From the NCBI GenBank assembly GCA_002311135.1, contig DBZK01000037.1, positions 73,852-137,851 on the forward strand: a stretch of 64,000 bases of DNA. The letters run 5' to 3'. The notes under the pieces were generated by a model that worked only from the letters and a program-made list of their open reading frames with translations, ran no database searches and was not told the origin of the DNA. Positions within the stretch are counted from its first letter, which is position 1. Every line of letters begins with the position of its first letter. The stretch is from Dehalococcoidia bacterium UBA1162. Its GTDB lineage: Bacteria; Chloroflexota; Dehalococcoidia; GIF9; UBA5629. The position numbers and the translations under genes were made by a program. Positions 10,201-19,502 of this stretch are shown one piece after another.

Positions 10201-12024
10201 ATGTGTGGTAAATATTTTGGAGGCTATTATTACATGAGAAGGTTGCTGATATCGTTACCGATCGCCCTGTTGATATTGATGTCGATTATCACCCCTTGCG
10301 CAGTTTATGCTGATAATGCATTCTCTCTCGGCCGGGTCTCGGACGGTTTTGGACAGGCAATTTCGATCTCCGGATTATCGTATCCCTCATTTTTGGCACA
10401 GGATAACACTACCCTGCCGGACGGCCTGACGCTCACCAAAGGATCGCCCTTTATATCGCCGTTTGAGGTCAATAAAGGTGATGTCGTAACCATAAAAATC
10501 CAAGCCGCCAATCACAGTCAGCAACAGATCATTTACCCACTCGCAGTTCAAGTCAACGGCAAAACAGTTGGCACTCCGCAAACTATCACACTGGACCCCA
10601 ACCAGACCAACGATAATATAGTCTTTCAGATAAATGCCGAAGACTCCGGCGCTGCGAATGTCACGGTCGGCAATTTAACGGGATCTTTTACAGTTAAGGA
10701 AAGCGGGGGATTTCTGGACCTGCCCCCTTACCTCTGGGCATTCTTCGGAATCGTACTCGGCGTGATAATTATGATGACCATTTTGATGGTTACCAAGCCT
10801 TCTAAGCGAAAAGCTGGGGCCCCCGGTGAACAGTTTAAAAAGGGCGGTAAGCAAAAAGGCAAACCTGGTAAACCAGGGATGGGAGATGCGCAGATGCCAG
10901 GCGGCCCGCAACGTCCGGGTATGTCCGGCATGCCTGAGGGCATGTTCATGGGTATGCAAAGCCCCGGCCAGCCGGGGATGCCTCAAGATATGTCTGCACC
11001 AGGCATGCCTGGAATGCAACAACCGTTTCAGCAGCAACCTCAACCGGGCATGCAGCCACAATTTCAGCAGCCAAACCAACCGGGCATGCAGCCGCCATTC
11101 CAACAGCAGAACCAGCCGGGTATGCCGCCTCCCGGTATGAGGGGTCCTCAATTCCCATCAGGCCCGCAAATGCAGCAGCAAGGCGGTCAACCGCCAATGC
11201 AGGGGATGCCTCCAGGCGCACCGCAGATGGGTCAGGGAATGCCACCCCAGATGGGCGGCCAACCGTTCGGAATGCAACGGCCTCAGCCTGGAATGCCTCC
11301 TGTAGCACCACAGATGCCTCCTCTCGGTCAGCAATTTATGCAATCCGGCCAGCCAAACATGCCACCACCTATGCCCTCTCAGGCAATGCCTCCGGGCATG
11401 AGCCACTCCGGCCAATCAGGTATGCAACCTTCAGCCCCCGGGGCAGGACCGATGAGCATGCCCAAGTTTTCGGTCAGCAACCTCACTATTACGCCAAACA
11501 ATGTCAAAGTGGGCGAGCCCGTAAATATAAGCATCATAGTCTCCAATAATGGAATGCAAACCGGAAAATACAGCGTGGTACTGAGGGTCGGTGGAGTCGT
11601 TGAAAATATCAGCGACCTGTCCTTACCGCCCGGCGCCAGCCAAACCGCCGTCTTCACAGTGGTTAAAGACGTGGCCGGCGATTACTACGCCGATATCGAT
11701 GGACTCGGCGGATTTTTCACGGCCATCCCCCTGGCGCCGCCTTCATTCATTGTCAGCAATTTCTCCATTGGCCCCGAGCGCGTCAGACAGGGACAGCCGG
11801 TGATCGTAACGGCTTCGGTAACGAACGTGGGGGAGGTAACGGGAACTCATACCTTGATCCTGAGGGTAAAGGGCCTATCCGAGAGCCAACAAGAAGTCAG
11901 CCTAGGTCCCGGCAAAATGCAGAACGTTGAATTCCAGATCATAAAGGATACGCCGGGCTTTTATCCCGTTGCACTGGAAAACTGGACCGGCAAGTTCGTA
12001 GTTGAGATGGACTGGAACGGCTAA
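10201..12024 (+). CDS. Membrane protein with CARDB/Ig-like domains and a long Pro/Gly/Met/Gln-rich region
   Basis: Signal peptide, Ig-like domain, TM helix followed by KPSKRK, low-complexity tract, then two FxVSNxxIxP...V..GxPV CARDB-like repeats. True start may be ATG 10234. Confidence 0.75.
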   Translation: MCGKYFGGYYYMRRLLISLPIALLILMSIITPCAVYADNAFSLGRVSDGFGQAISISGLSYPSFLAQDNTTLPDGLTLTKGSPFISPFEVNKGDVVTIKIQAANHSQQQIIYPLAVQVNGKTVGTPQTITLDPNQTNDNIVFQINAEDSGAANVTVGNLTGSFTVKESGGFLDLPPYLWAFFGIVLGVIIMMTILMVTKPSKRKAGAPGEQFKKGGKQKGKPGKPGMGDAQMPGGPQRPGMSGMPEGMFMGMQSPGQPGMPQDMSAPGMPGMQQPFQQQPQPGMQPQFQQPNQPGMQPPFQQQNQPGMPPPGMRGPQFPSGPQMQQQGGQPPMQGMPPGAPQMGQGMPPQMGGQPFGMQRPQPGMPPVAPQMPPLGQQFMQSGQPNMPPPMPSQAMPPGMSHSGQSGMQPSAPGAGPMSMPKFSVSNLTITPNNVKVGEPVNISIIVSNNGMQTGKYSVVLRVGGVVENISDLSLPPGASQTAVFTVVKDVAGDYYADIDGLGGFFTAIPLAPPSFIVSNFSIGPERVRQGQPVIVTASVTNVGEVTGTHTLILRVKGLSESQQEVSLGPGKMQNVEFQIIKDTPGFYPVALENWTGKFVVEMDWNG

Positions 12025-12042
12025 ACCACCGGGTTAGGAAGG

Positions 12043-12522
12043 CTATTCCGTTTCCTCATCGGTTTTGAGCAGTTCGTCTTTATCCTGCAGGTAATCTATA
12101 TATAGTATCCCATTCAGGTGGTCTATTTCGTGCTCAAGTGCCTGGGCCAGTAGCTCTGTAGCCTTTTTACGGACCAGTTTACCATGCCTGTCCCTGGCCC
12201 TGACCTTGACCGATTCCGATCTTGTGATTTCCGCCTGGTAACCCGGTATGCTCAGACAGCCCTCCATCACACACCTTTCCCCCTGCTTTTCGACGATTTC
12301 CGGGTTAATCAAGGCAAGGACATCCTCTTCCTCAGGAACTCTAATAACTATAATGCGCAGAGCGGTGCCGACCTGGTTGGCCGCCAGACCCACGCCAGGG
12401 GCGGCATTCAGCGTTTCGACCATATCGTCAATCAGACGCTGAACGGAATCGATGTCCTTGACACGTTTCGCTTTTTTCCTGAGAACAGGATCAGGGTTGG
12501 TGCGGATTTTCAATACAGCCAT
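12043..12522 (-). CDS. def: Peptide deformylase
   Basis: GVGLAANQVG, EGCLSIP, HEIDHLNG. Confidence 0.97.
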   Translation of the reverse strand: MAVLKIRTNPDPVLRKKAKRVKDIDSVQRLIDDMVETLNAAPGVGLAANQVGTALRIIVIRVPEEEDVLALINPEIVEKQGERCVMEGCLSIPGYQAEITRSESVKVRARDRHGKLVRKKATELLAQALEHEIDHLNGILYIDYLQDKDELLKTDEETE

Positions 12523-12531
12523 GCTAGATAA

Positions 12532-14754
12532 TTAAATCATACCAATGGGGTCAACGTCCAAAATCCATCCCAGCGGGAAATCCACTTTGGCCAAAATACC
12601 CTGAATGTTGCCGCCTAATATAATAATCTGTACCTGGTATTTACCCCTCAACCTCGAAATGAAAGCGGGCGCAGGGCCAATTAATTTAAACCCTTCCAGG
12701 CCTTGTTGATCGATAATCAATTGAATGCTGACGGCCAGTCTCCCGGCTTCCGCCCGGCACTTCTCTTCATTACTATGTACGTAAACCAGGCGCCCCATCC
12801 TGGTAAACGGAGGGTAGCTGTATTCGCGCCTGTACTTCAATTCACTTTCATAAAATCCGGCATAGTCGTGCAGTGCAGCATACCTGACAGCGTAATATCC
12901 CGGGTTGTAGGTCTGAATAACGGCTTTACCAGCTGTTATTCCACGGCCGGCCCTGCCCTCAACCTGGCACAACAACTGAAATGTCCTCTCCCCCGAGCGG
13001 AAGTCGGGAAGATTCAAAGCGGTATCCGCGTTTACAATGCCCACCAGGGATACACCTGGAAAATCCAGGCCCTTGGCCAGTATCTGTGTACCGACCAATA
13101 TATCTATCTCACGTTTGCGAAAGCTATTCATGGCTTTTTCATAGTCCCTTGCTTTGGCCATAGTATCGCTGTCAATACGCAGCACCCGAGCATGCGGGAA
13201 TAATTCCCTGCATTCCGCTTCAACCTTCTCAGTGCCGATGCCAAAGTATTTGATTTCTTCCTTTTTACAGTTGGGGCAGATCCTGAGAACCGGGTAAGTA
13301 CGCCGGCAATGATGGCAAATCAGGCGCTTCTCGATTGAATGGTAGGTGAGCGAACCGGAGCATCTCTTGCAGCTTGGCACGAAACCGCAATTCATGCACT
13401 CCACGAAGGTCGACTGGCCGCGCCGGTTGATAAAAAGGATAATCTGCTCACGTTGTTCGAGAGCCAGCTTTACCTGTGCCTTGAGCAAGCGGCTAAAGAT
13501 ACTACGGTTCCCCTCCTTGAATTCATCCCTCATATTGACGATACTGACTTGAGGCAAAGGCGTGCTGCCAAGAGGCGTGATACGTTCTTTTAACTCTATA
13601 AGCCGATATTCACCATTGACGGCCTTATAGTATGTCTCGACATCGGGCGTTGCACTGCCCATTATAAGCGTGGAGCCGGTCAGCCTGGCCAGTTGCACAG
13701 CCGCATCCCGAGCATGATATCTGGGTGTTTTGTCGGACTGCTTATAGGCCCATTCATGTTCCTCATCAACTATTATCAGTCCCAGGTCAGGCTGCGGTGA
13801 GAAGATGGCGCTGCGCGGTCCGATCACGATATCGAAATCTCCGTCCTTGATGCGCCTCCACTCATCATACTGCTCCCCCCTGGAAAGTTTGCTGTGAAAT
13901 ACGGCAACTCTGCCGGGAAACCTGGCGAAAAACCGGCTGATGGTCTGCGTTGTTAGAGAGATTTCGGGCACCAGACATATGCCTTTTTTCCCGCACTTTA
14001 TGGTCTCTGCCAGCGCCCTCAGATATATCTCAGTCTTGCCACTGCCGGTAACACCGTGCAATAAAAACAGGTTACCATCTCCGGGGAAAACATGCCCGTT
14101 GATCGCAGCTTCTATGGGATGCCAAGCCAGGCTCTGGTTATCAGTGAACGTGAACGGCAGTTCCAGAGAAAGCTCGCGGCGGGCGAGCGGATCACGACTT
14201 ACCTCTACTTTCTCTTCAATCACCAGTCCTTTAGCCAGCAGCACTTTTATGACACCCCTCTCCAGATGTAATTGTCCCAGAATTTGAGGAACCGGCAGCC
14301 TGCCTCCGGATTCGGATAGCAAATCAAGTATAGCACGCTGTTTCGCTGAAACGGGTTTCCTGTTCGAAGCCCCTTTTACACGTTCATCATCGGGAACAAG
14401 CACCAGATACCTTAATGATTTGGGTTTTATAACTGTGTTTCTCTCGAAACCGGGGGGCAGAAACAGGGCAATAGCGCTCCAGAGCGGCGATATGTAATAG
14501 TCGGAGATCCACAGGGCGAGCTTGATTCGTTTGGGTGATATGATGGGCGACAAAGAGATGAGCTGCTCAATGTCTCTGGTTTCGGGGAAAGAAGGTTTAT
14601 CCGTAACCTCGACGACAATGCCCTGCAAGACTCTCGGCCCGAAGGGCACCCTGACCCCATAGCCAACCTCTACCCTTAGTGTCTCCGGGATCGAATAGGA
14701 GAAAGTATGTCGATGGCCGCCAGCTACATTGACGGCCACCTCAGCATATTTCAT
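12532..14754 (-). CDS. priA: Primosomal protein N'
   Basis: GVTGSGKT, DEEH, four CxxC pairs, AKGLDFP, QVEGRAGR. Confidence 0.96.
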   Translation of the reverse strand: MKYAEVAVNVAGGHRHTFSYSIPETLRVEVGYGVRVPFGPRVLQGIVVEVTDKPSFPETRDIEQLISLSPIISPKRIKLALWISDYYISPLWSAIALFLPPGFERNTVIKPKSLRYLVLVPDDERVKGASNRKPVSAKQRAILDLLSESGGRLPVPQILGQLHLERGVIKVLLAKGLVIEEKVEVSRDPLARRELSLELPFTFTDNQSLAWHPIEAAINGHVFPGDGNLFLLHGVTGSGKTEIYLRALAETIKCGKKGICLVPEISLTTQTISRFFARFPGRVAVFHSKLSRGEQYDEWRRIKDGDFDIVIGPRSAIFSPQPDLGLIIVDEEHEWAYKQSDKTPRYHARDAAVQLARLTGSTLIMGSATPDVETYYKAVNGEYRLIELKERITPLGSTPLPQVSIVNMRDEFKEGNRSIFSRLLKAQVKLALEQREQIILFINRRGQSTFVECMNCGFVPSCKRCSGSLTYHSIEKRLICHHCRRTYPVLRICPNCKKEEIKYFGIGTEKVEAECRELFPHARVLRIDSDTMAKARDYEKAMNSFRKREIDILVGTQILAKGLDFPGVSLVGIVNADTALNLPDFRSGERTFQLLCQVEGRAGRGITAGKAVIQTYNPGYYAVRYAALHDYAGFYESELKYRREYSYPPFTRMGRLVYVHSNEEKCRAEAGRLAVSIQLIIDQQGLEGFKLIGPAPAFISRLRGKYQVQIIILGGNIQGILAKVDFPLGWILDVDPIGMI

Positions 14755-14759
14755 CCAAA

Positions 14760-15188
14760 TTACTTAGATTCAGTAGGTGTATCGACAGGGGCTGCTTCGG
14801 CGGCGGGCGCCTCTTCAGGTGCAGCTACAGCAGCAGTCTCGGTCATACGCTCACGCCTCTCCTTTAGCCTGGCTTCTTTGGTGCTGAGCCTCCGGATATA
14901 GTACAGCTTGCTGCGGCGTACTTTGCCATGCCGGACAACTTCAATTTTCTCCAGCAGCGGTGAGGCCAAAGGAAACGTATGTTCGACACCTACACCGGAA
15001 GTGACCCTACGGACTGTGAAATTACCGCCGGCCCCGTTCCTGGCAATTTTGATCACCAGCCCCGGGAACGTTTGTAACCTTTCCCGGCTGGCCTCTTTGA
15101 TCTTAAAACTCACGCGTACATTATCTCCGGCTGCGAGCTTGGGCAAATTCGGGTTTATTTTAGTTTTTCCTAAAGTTTTGATGTCCAT
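14760..15188 (-). CDS. rplS: 50S ribosomal protein L19
   Basis: GDNVRV, RERLQTFPG, GKVRRSKLYYIR; follows trmD. Confidence 0.96.
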   Translation of the reverse strand: MDIKTLGKTKINPNLPKLAAGDNVRVSFKIKEASRERLQTFPGLVIKIARNGAGGNFTVRRVTSGVGVEHTFPLASPLLEKIEVVRHGKVRRSKLYYIRRLSTKEARLKERRERMTETAAVAAPEEAPAAEAAPVDTPTESK

Positions 15189-15210
15189 TTCTGATTCCTT
15201 TCCTTAGAAT

Positions 15211-15954
15211 TTAATTATTGTTCAAATCAACAGATTGTAGCATTTTACGCTCTTTATCTGTTAGTGAAGCCTTGTTCAACAGGTCCGGCCGTCTGCTGGC
15301 AGTCCGCTTAAGGCTCTGCGCTCGACGCCAATCCGCAATCTCTCTATGGTTGCCCGAGAGCAGGACATCGGGCACCTTCCAGCCTCTAAATTCCGGCGGC
15401 CTCGTATATTGAGGATACTCCAGCAATCCTTCCATATGCGACTCTTCTACCAGTGAAGTACTGGAGCCTAAAGCACCGGGCTGCAGCCTCACCAGGCAAT
15501 CAATTATCACCATGGCCGCCACCTCGCCACCGCTTAGCAAATAGTCCCCGATGCTTATCTGGTCAGTAGCCAGGTGTTGGGCCACCCTCTCGTCAATACC
15601 TTCGTAATGGCCGCATATCAATATTATATGGTTTTCCCCGATGAGCTTACCTGCCAGTTCCTGGGTAAATAACCTTCCCTGGGGAGTCAGCAAAACAATC
15701 CGGCAATCATCTGCATGGTTTTGGTTTTTTACGAATTCCACAGCTTCAAATATAGGGTCCGGTTTCATAACCATCCCTGCTCCCCCACCATAGGGATAGT
15801 CATCCACCGTATTATGCTTATCATGTGTAAAATCCCGAATATTATGTAATCTTATATCTACCACTTGCTTTTCGGCAGCTCTGCCGATAATGCTGTGCGT
15901 CAGATAGCCCGTAAAAGCCTCGGGAAAGAGCGTCAATATATCAATGCGTAACAC
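15211..15954 (-). CDS. trmD: tRNA m1G37 methyltransferase
   Basis: DDYPYGGGAGMVM, CGHYEGIDER, SIGDYLLSGGE, YPQYTRP. Confidence 0.97.
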   Translation of the reverse strand: MLRIDILTLFPEAFTGYLTHSIIGRAAEKQVVDIRLHNIRDFTHDKHNTVDDYPYGGGAGMVMKPDPIFEAVEFVKNQNHADDCRIVLLTPQGRLFTQELAGKLIGENHIILICGHYEGIDERVAQHLATDQISIGDYLLSGGEVAAMVIIDCLVRLQPGALGSSTSLVEESHMEGLLEYPQYTRPPEFRGWKVPDVLLSGNHREIADWRRAQSLKRTASRRPDLLNKASLTDKERKMLQSVDLNNN

Positions 15955-16073
15955 AGTGCAATCGTCCGTCGATACCTAAAATAGCAAATCATTCTACCAT
16001 ACCCGTATTAAACCACAAAATAAATCTTCAGCCATTACCTTTTATATATATGTGAATATCCGGATACACCTTA

Positions 16074-16089
16074 ACACAATATATTGTGG
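16074..16089. promoter_or_regulatory. NrdR-box-like palindrome between trmD and the dcw operon
   Basis: ACACAATATATTGTGG vs the NrdR consensus acaCwAtATaTwGtg. Confidence 0.55.
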
Positions 16090-16191
16090 TTTTGCTGACA
16101 TGTAACCTTTTATTTTGTAGTTTTTAAAATAAGCCGCTATTTTTTGCAATAAAATCGGCGAAAATATCGAAGTTTTTTCCCTGTTTAGCTA

Positions 16192-16256
16192 TTGACAAGT
16201 GGGGTAAAAAGTGTTCATAATGGGGCGTAGTGGTAAAAAGTGGTAAATAAGGGTAA
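16192..16256 (+). promoter_or_regulatory. dcw promoter with MraZ-binding direct repeats
   Basis: TTGACA-18 nt-CATAAT; GTGG-like units at 16199, 16220, 16230, 16240 and 16250 (10-bp period). Confidence 0.8.
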
Positions 16257-16261
16257 AGGAT

Positions 16262-16627
16262 ATGGTAATTAACTATTGCTGCGAGAACATGGTGGAGCCA
16301 GATCTTTTCTCGTTTATAAAAGAAAATGATTTTACAGGATTGAAATTGAGACTTTTATTTTTCTGGGGGAAGCACCCCCATACTAAATTCGATATGGATT
16401 GCATTGCGAACTTTCTGGATATCACGCGCTATCACCTGCGTGACATCATCAAAGATTTAATCAGTAAAGGAGTGATCGACGAACAATATTGCTCTAATGG
16501 AACGGCCCATTACTCACTAAACCATGAAAACGAAAAAACCAAATATATTGATGAGTTGGCCCGCCTCGATTGGAGCGTCTTGAATAGTATGCTGGGAGCT
16601 ATTGAAAGAGAAGCTCTACCGGTATAA
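16262..16627 (+). CDS. Hypothetical protein, probable winged helix-turn-helix
   Basis: AAGGA RBS; IANFLDITRYHLRDIIKDLISKGVI...HYSL pattern. Confidence 0.6.
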   Translation: MVINYCCENMVEPDLFSFIKENDFTGLKLRLLFFWGKHPHTKFDMDCIANFLDITRYHLRDIIKDLISKGVIDEQYCSNGTAHYSLNHENEKTKYIDELARLDWSVLNSMLGAIEREALPV

Positions 16628-16650
16628 AAAAGCTGTCAGGTTTATTAATT

Positions 16651-17079
16651 ATGTTTGTTGGTGAGTACGAATACAAGGTCGATAACAAGGGCCGTCTGCC
16701 TTTGCCGCCCAAATTCCGCAAAGAGATCGATGACGGCCTGGTCCTTACCATGGTGGCGGATAACTGCATCACTGCCTATACAAAGGACGACTGGGCCAAG
16801 ATGACCGCTAGCCAGGCCCCGACCGGTTTCCTTATGTCGGATAAAGAGAGGAAGGTTAACCGTTTTATCTTCAGCAACGCCAACGAGGTCACTATAGATA
16901 ACCAGGGCAGGATTTCCCTGCCTTCAGCGCTGAGGGAAAGATGCGGCATCTCCGATAGCGCTGCTATAGCCGGTGTGAACAACTATTTCGAAATTTGGAA
17001 CCCGGCCCACTGGAAGAAAGAAAGGCTTTCCTCTGACGACGCGCGTCAGATAATGGACTTCCTTGAGGAGAGAAAATGA
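16651..17079 (+). CDS. mraZ: Division/cell wall cluster transcriptional repressor
   Basis: MFVGEY..VDNKGRLPLP, IDNQGRISLP, FEIW. Confidence 0.96.
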   Translation: MFVGEYEYKVDNKGRLPLPPKFRKEIDDGLVLTMVADNCITAYTKDDWAKMTASQAPTGFLMSDKERKVNRFIFSNANEVTIDNQGRISLPSALRERCGISDSAAIAGVNNYFEIWNPAHWKKERLSSDDARQIMDFLEERK

Positions 17080-18011
17080 GCCTAACTTTAGACAGAATGG
17101 TACATACACCCGTACTGATCTCGGAGGTCATTCAGGGGCTGGACGTTAGCCCTGGGAAACGATATGTTGACTGCACTCTGGGCGGCGGCGGCCATTCATC
17201 GGCCATACTGTCCAAGTGCCAGCCCGGCGGCGAGCTGCTGGGCATTGACTCGGACCCCGAGGCCATCCGCATCGCACAGCACAACCTCTATGACTACTTC
17301 GAAAGCACCGTAATCGTTAATGATAACTTCTATAACCTGGAGCAAATTTGCACCGAGACCGGTTTTATGCCGGTAGATGGTATTTTATTCGACCTGGGTC
17401 TTTCTTCCCTTCAACTTTCCAGCGACGAACGTGGATTCAGCTTCCAGCGCAGCGGTCCGCTTGATATGAGGTTTAATCCCGATGAGCAGCTCACTGCCGC
17501 TGACATAGTCAATAAAATGCCTGAATCCAAATTGGCCCAGCTCATATTTATCTACGGTGAAGAGTCTTACGCCAACAGGATAGCCAGCAATATCGTCAGG
17601 CACAGGCCGATATCAGATACAGCCGAACTGGCTGCCATCGTTTCCAGTTCGATCGGCGACCGCTATAGTAAGATTCATCCGGCCACCAGGACCTTCCAGG
17701 CCCTGCGCATTGCCGTCAACCGGGAACTGGACCACCTCACTTCCGCCCTCGACCAGAGCCTAAAGTGCATGGCTCCGGGGGGCAGGCTGGCGGTCATCAG
17801 CTACCATTCGCTGGAAGACCGCATCGTCAAGAATTTCATGTTACGAGAAACCCGGTCATGCATCTGTCCCAGCAATATTCCCGAATGCCGCTGCCATCAC
17901 CAGCAGAAACTCACCCTGATCAACAAGCATCCCATTACCCCGACTGAATCCGAAATCGATATTAACCCGCGCAGCAGGAGCGCCAAGCTCCGCGTCGCGC
18001 AAAGAATATAA
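17076..18011 (+). CDS. rsmH: 16S rRNA m4C1402 methyltransferase
   Basis: HTPVL, DCTLGGGGHS, DLGLSS, TFQALRIAVN, SYHSLEDR, NPRSRSAKLR. Confidence 0.97.
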   Translation: MSLTLDRMVHTPVLISEVIQGLDVSPGKRYVDCTLGGGGHSSAILSKCQPGGELLGIDSDPEAIRIAQHNLYDYFESTVIVNDNFYNLEQICTETGFMPVDGILFDLGLSSLQLSSDERGFSFQRSGPLDMRFNPDEQLTAADIVNKMPESKLAQLIFIYGEESYANRIASNIVRHRPISDTAELAAIVSSSIGDRYSKIHPATRTFQALRIAVNRELDHLTSALDQSLKCMAPGGRLAVISYHSLEDRIVKNFMLRETRSCICPSNIPECRCHHQQKLTLINKHPITPTESEIDINPRSRSAKLRVAQRI

Positions 18012-18032
18012 AAATAGCAGGAGGCAAGGAAA

Positions 18033-18167
18033 ATGATAGCAGCAAGCAGATTTGGCACCATCCTGACGAGAGACAGGAGACTCCTGGCAATATTCGGCGG
18101 TATGGTTTTTGACGGGATCGTTTTCGTCAGCCTGATAATCGCTATTGCCATCCTTTACTTCTTATAG
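18033..18167 (+). CDS. 44-aa single-pass membrane peptide (not in the ORF track)
   Basis: AGGAGG RBS; MIAASRFGTILTRDRRLLAIFGGMVFDGIVFVSLIIAIAILYFL; lies between rsmH and ftsA. Confidence 0.65.
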   Translation: MIAASRFGTILTRDRRLLAIFGGMVFDGIVFVSLIIAIAILYFL

Positions 18168-18236
18168 CGCTTTGAAATCAATCAGCAGGAAAATTAGCAA
18201 ATTTAAGTATCACTAAATCGAAGGAGGCATGGATAA

Positions 18237-19463
18237 ATGACAAGAAGGTTAATCACCGGCATCGATGTGGGTACAACTAAGATTTGTACAATAGTTGCCA
18301 CCCTTGATTCCGGCGGTGCCCTGCAGGTACTTGGGGTCGGCCAGGTACCTTCCCACGGTCTTCACAAAGGCATGGTCGTCAACGTCGATGAAGCCAGAGA
18401 TTCAATTGCCGAATCGGTCAAACGTGCTGAACAGGCCAGCGGCGTAAAGATCGAGTCAGCCTACATCGGCGTAACCGGCAGGCACATCAGTTCGGTCAAC
18501 AGCCACGGCGTGGTGGCCATACCCAGGACCGACCGGCTTGTCCGGCAGGACGACCTGTCACGCGTTCTATCATCAGCCAAGAACATCAACATCCCTGATG
18601 ACAGAAAAATCCTTCACCAGATCCCCAGGGGTTACAGCCTGGACACCCAGGAAAAAATCAAGAACCCGGTAGGCATGCATGGGTTCAGGCTGGACGTCGA
18701 AACCCACATCATCACCGCTTCCACCGCATCAGTGCAGAACCTGGTTAAATGCGTTCGCAGCGTTGGTGTGGAAATCGACGACCTGGTGCTCGAACCGCTG
18801 GCCAGCGGCGAGTCGGTTCTTACGCCGGAAGAGAAAGAGATCGGCGTAATCATGGCGGATATCGGCGGAGGCACCACTGATATCGCCGTATTTAAGGACG
18901 GCAGTATCTACCACACTTCGATAATACCCGTAGCCGGCTACCAGTTCACCAGCGACCTTTCGATCGGCCTGGGACTGCCCTTTGAAATCGCAGAGGCGAT
19001 GAAGAAGAAGTACGGTAATGTTTACCCTGAGACGGGGCAGAAAGACGAGGGTTCCACTTTGACGGTGGAAGACGGACACAGCGTTTCCTACAAAGACCTT
19101 TGCAACATACTTCGGGACCGCATGGAAGAGCTGCTCAGGCTTATCTTACTGGAAATGCCGGATACCAGCTATGCAACGCTGGCCCCGGCCGGACTGGTAA
19201 TGACCGGCGGCGGGTCCAAGATGAACGGCCTCGAAGCACTCTCCCGTGGCACCATCCGCATCCCGACCAGGATTGGAGAACCGATGGGAGTCTATGGCAT
19301 TACCGATGTGCTGCATGACCCGGCCAACGCTACCGGCGTGGGTCTTCTCCTCTGGGCCATCAAGACCGGCGGAAAGCCCACCTGGGAATCGAAGGGCGGC
19401 GGCGCCAAAACCAGCCAGGTAAGCAACGTCATGGGCATGCTCAAGAAATTCTTTAGTGCCTGA
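18237..19463 (+). CDS. ftsA: Cell division protein FtsA
   Basis: GIDVGTTKI, ADIGGGTTD, MTGGGS. Confidence 0.96.
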   Translation: MTRRLITGIDVGTTKICTIVATLDSGGALQVLGVGQVPSHGLHKGMVVNVDEARDSIAESVKRAEQASGVKIESAYIGVTGRHISSVNSHGVVAIPRTDRLVRQDDLSRVLSSAKNINIPDDRKILHQIPRGYSLDTQEKIKNPVGMHGFRLDVETHIITASTASVQNLVKCVRSVGVEIDDLVLEPLASGESVLTPEEKEIGVIMADIGGGTTDIAVFKDGSIYHTSIIPVAGYQFTSDLSIGLGLPFEIAEAMKKKYGNVYPETGQKDEGSTLTVEDGHSVSYKDLCNILRDRMEELLRLILLEMPDTSYATLAPAGLVMTGGGSKMNGLEALSRGTIRIPTRIGEPMGVYGITDVLHDPANATGVGLLLWAIKTGGKPTWESKGGGAKTSQVSNVMGMLKKFFSA

Positions 19464-19502
19464 TGATAAATATTTTTGAAATAGCAGGAGGTTCTAGAAA
19501 GT

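Noticed and set aside
10850..11460. Repetitive DNA resembling a CRISPR or tandem array
   Set aside because: Repeats are degenerate, in frame and encode the Pro/Gly/Met/Gln tract; no constant repeat-spacer pattern and no cas genes
16100..16125. Second NrdR box paired with 16074
   Set aside because: Only the right half-site (TGTAGT) matches
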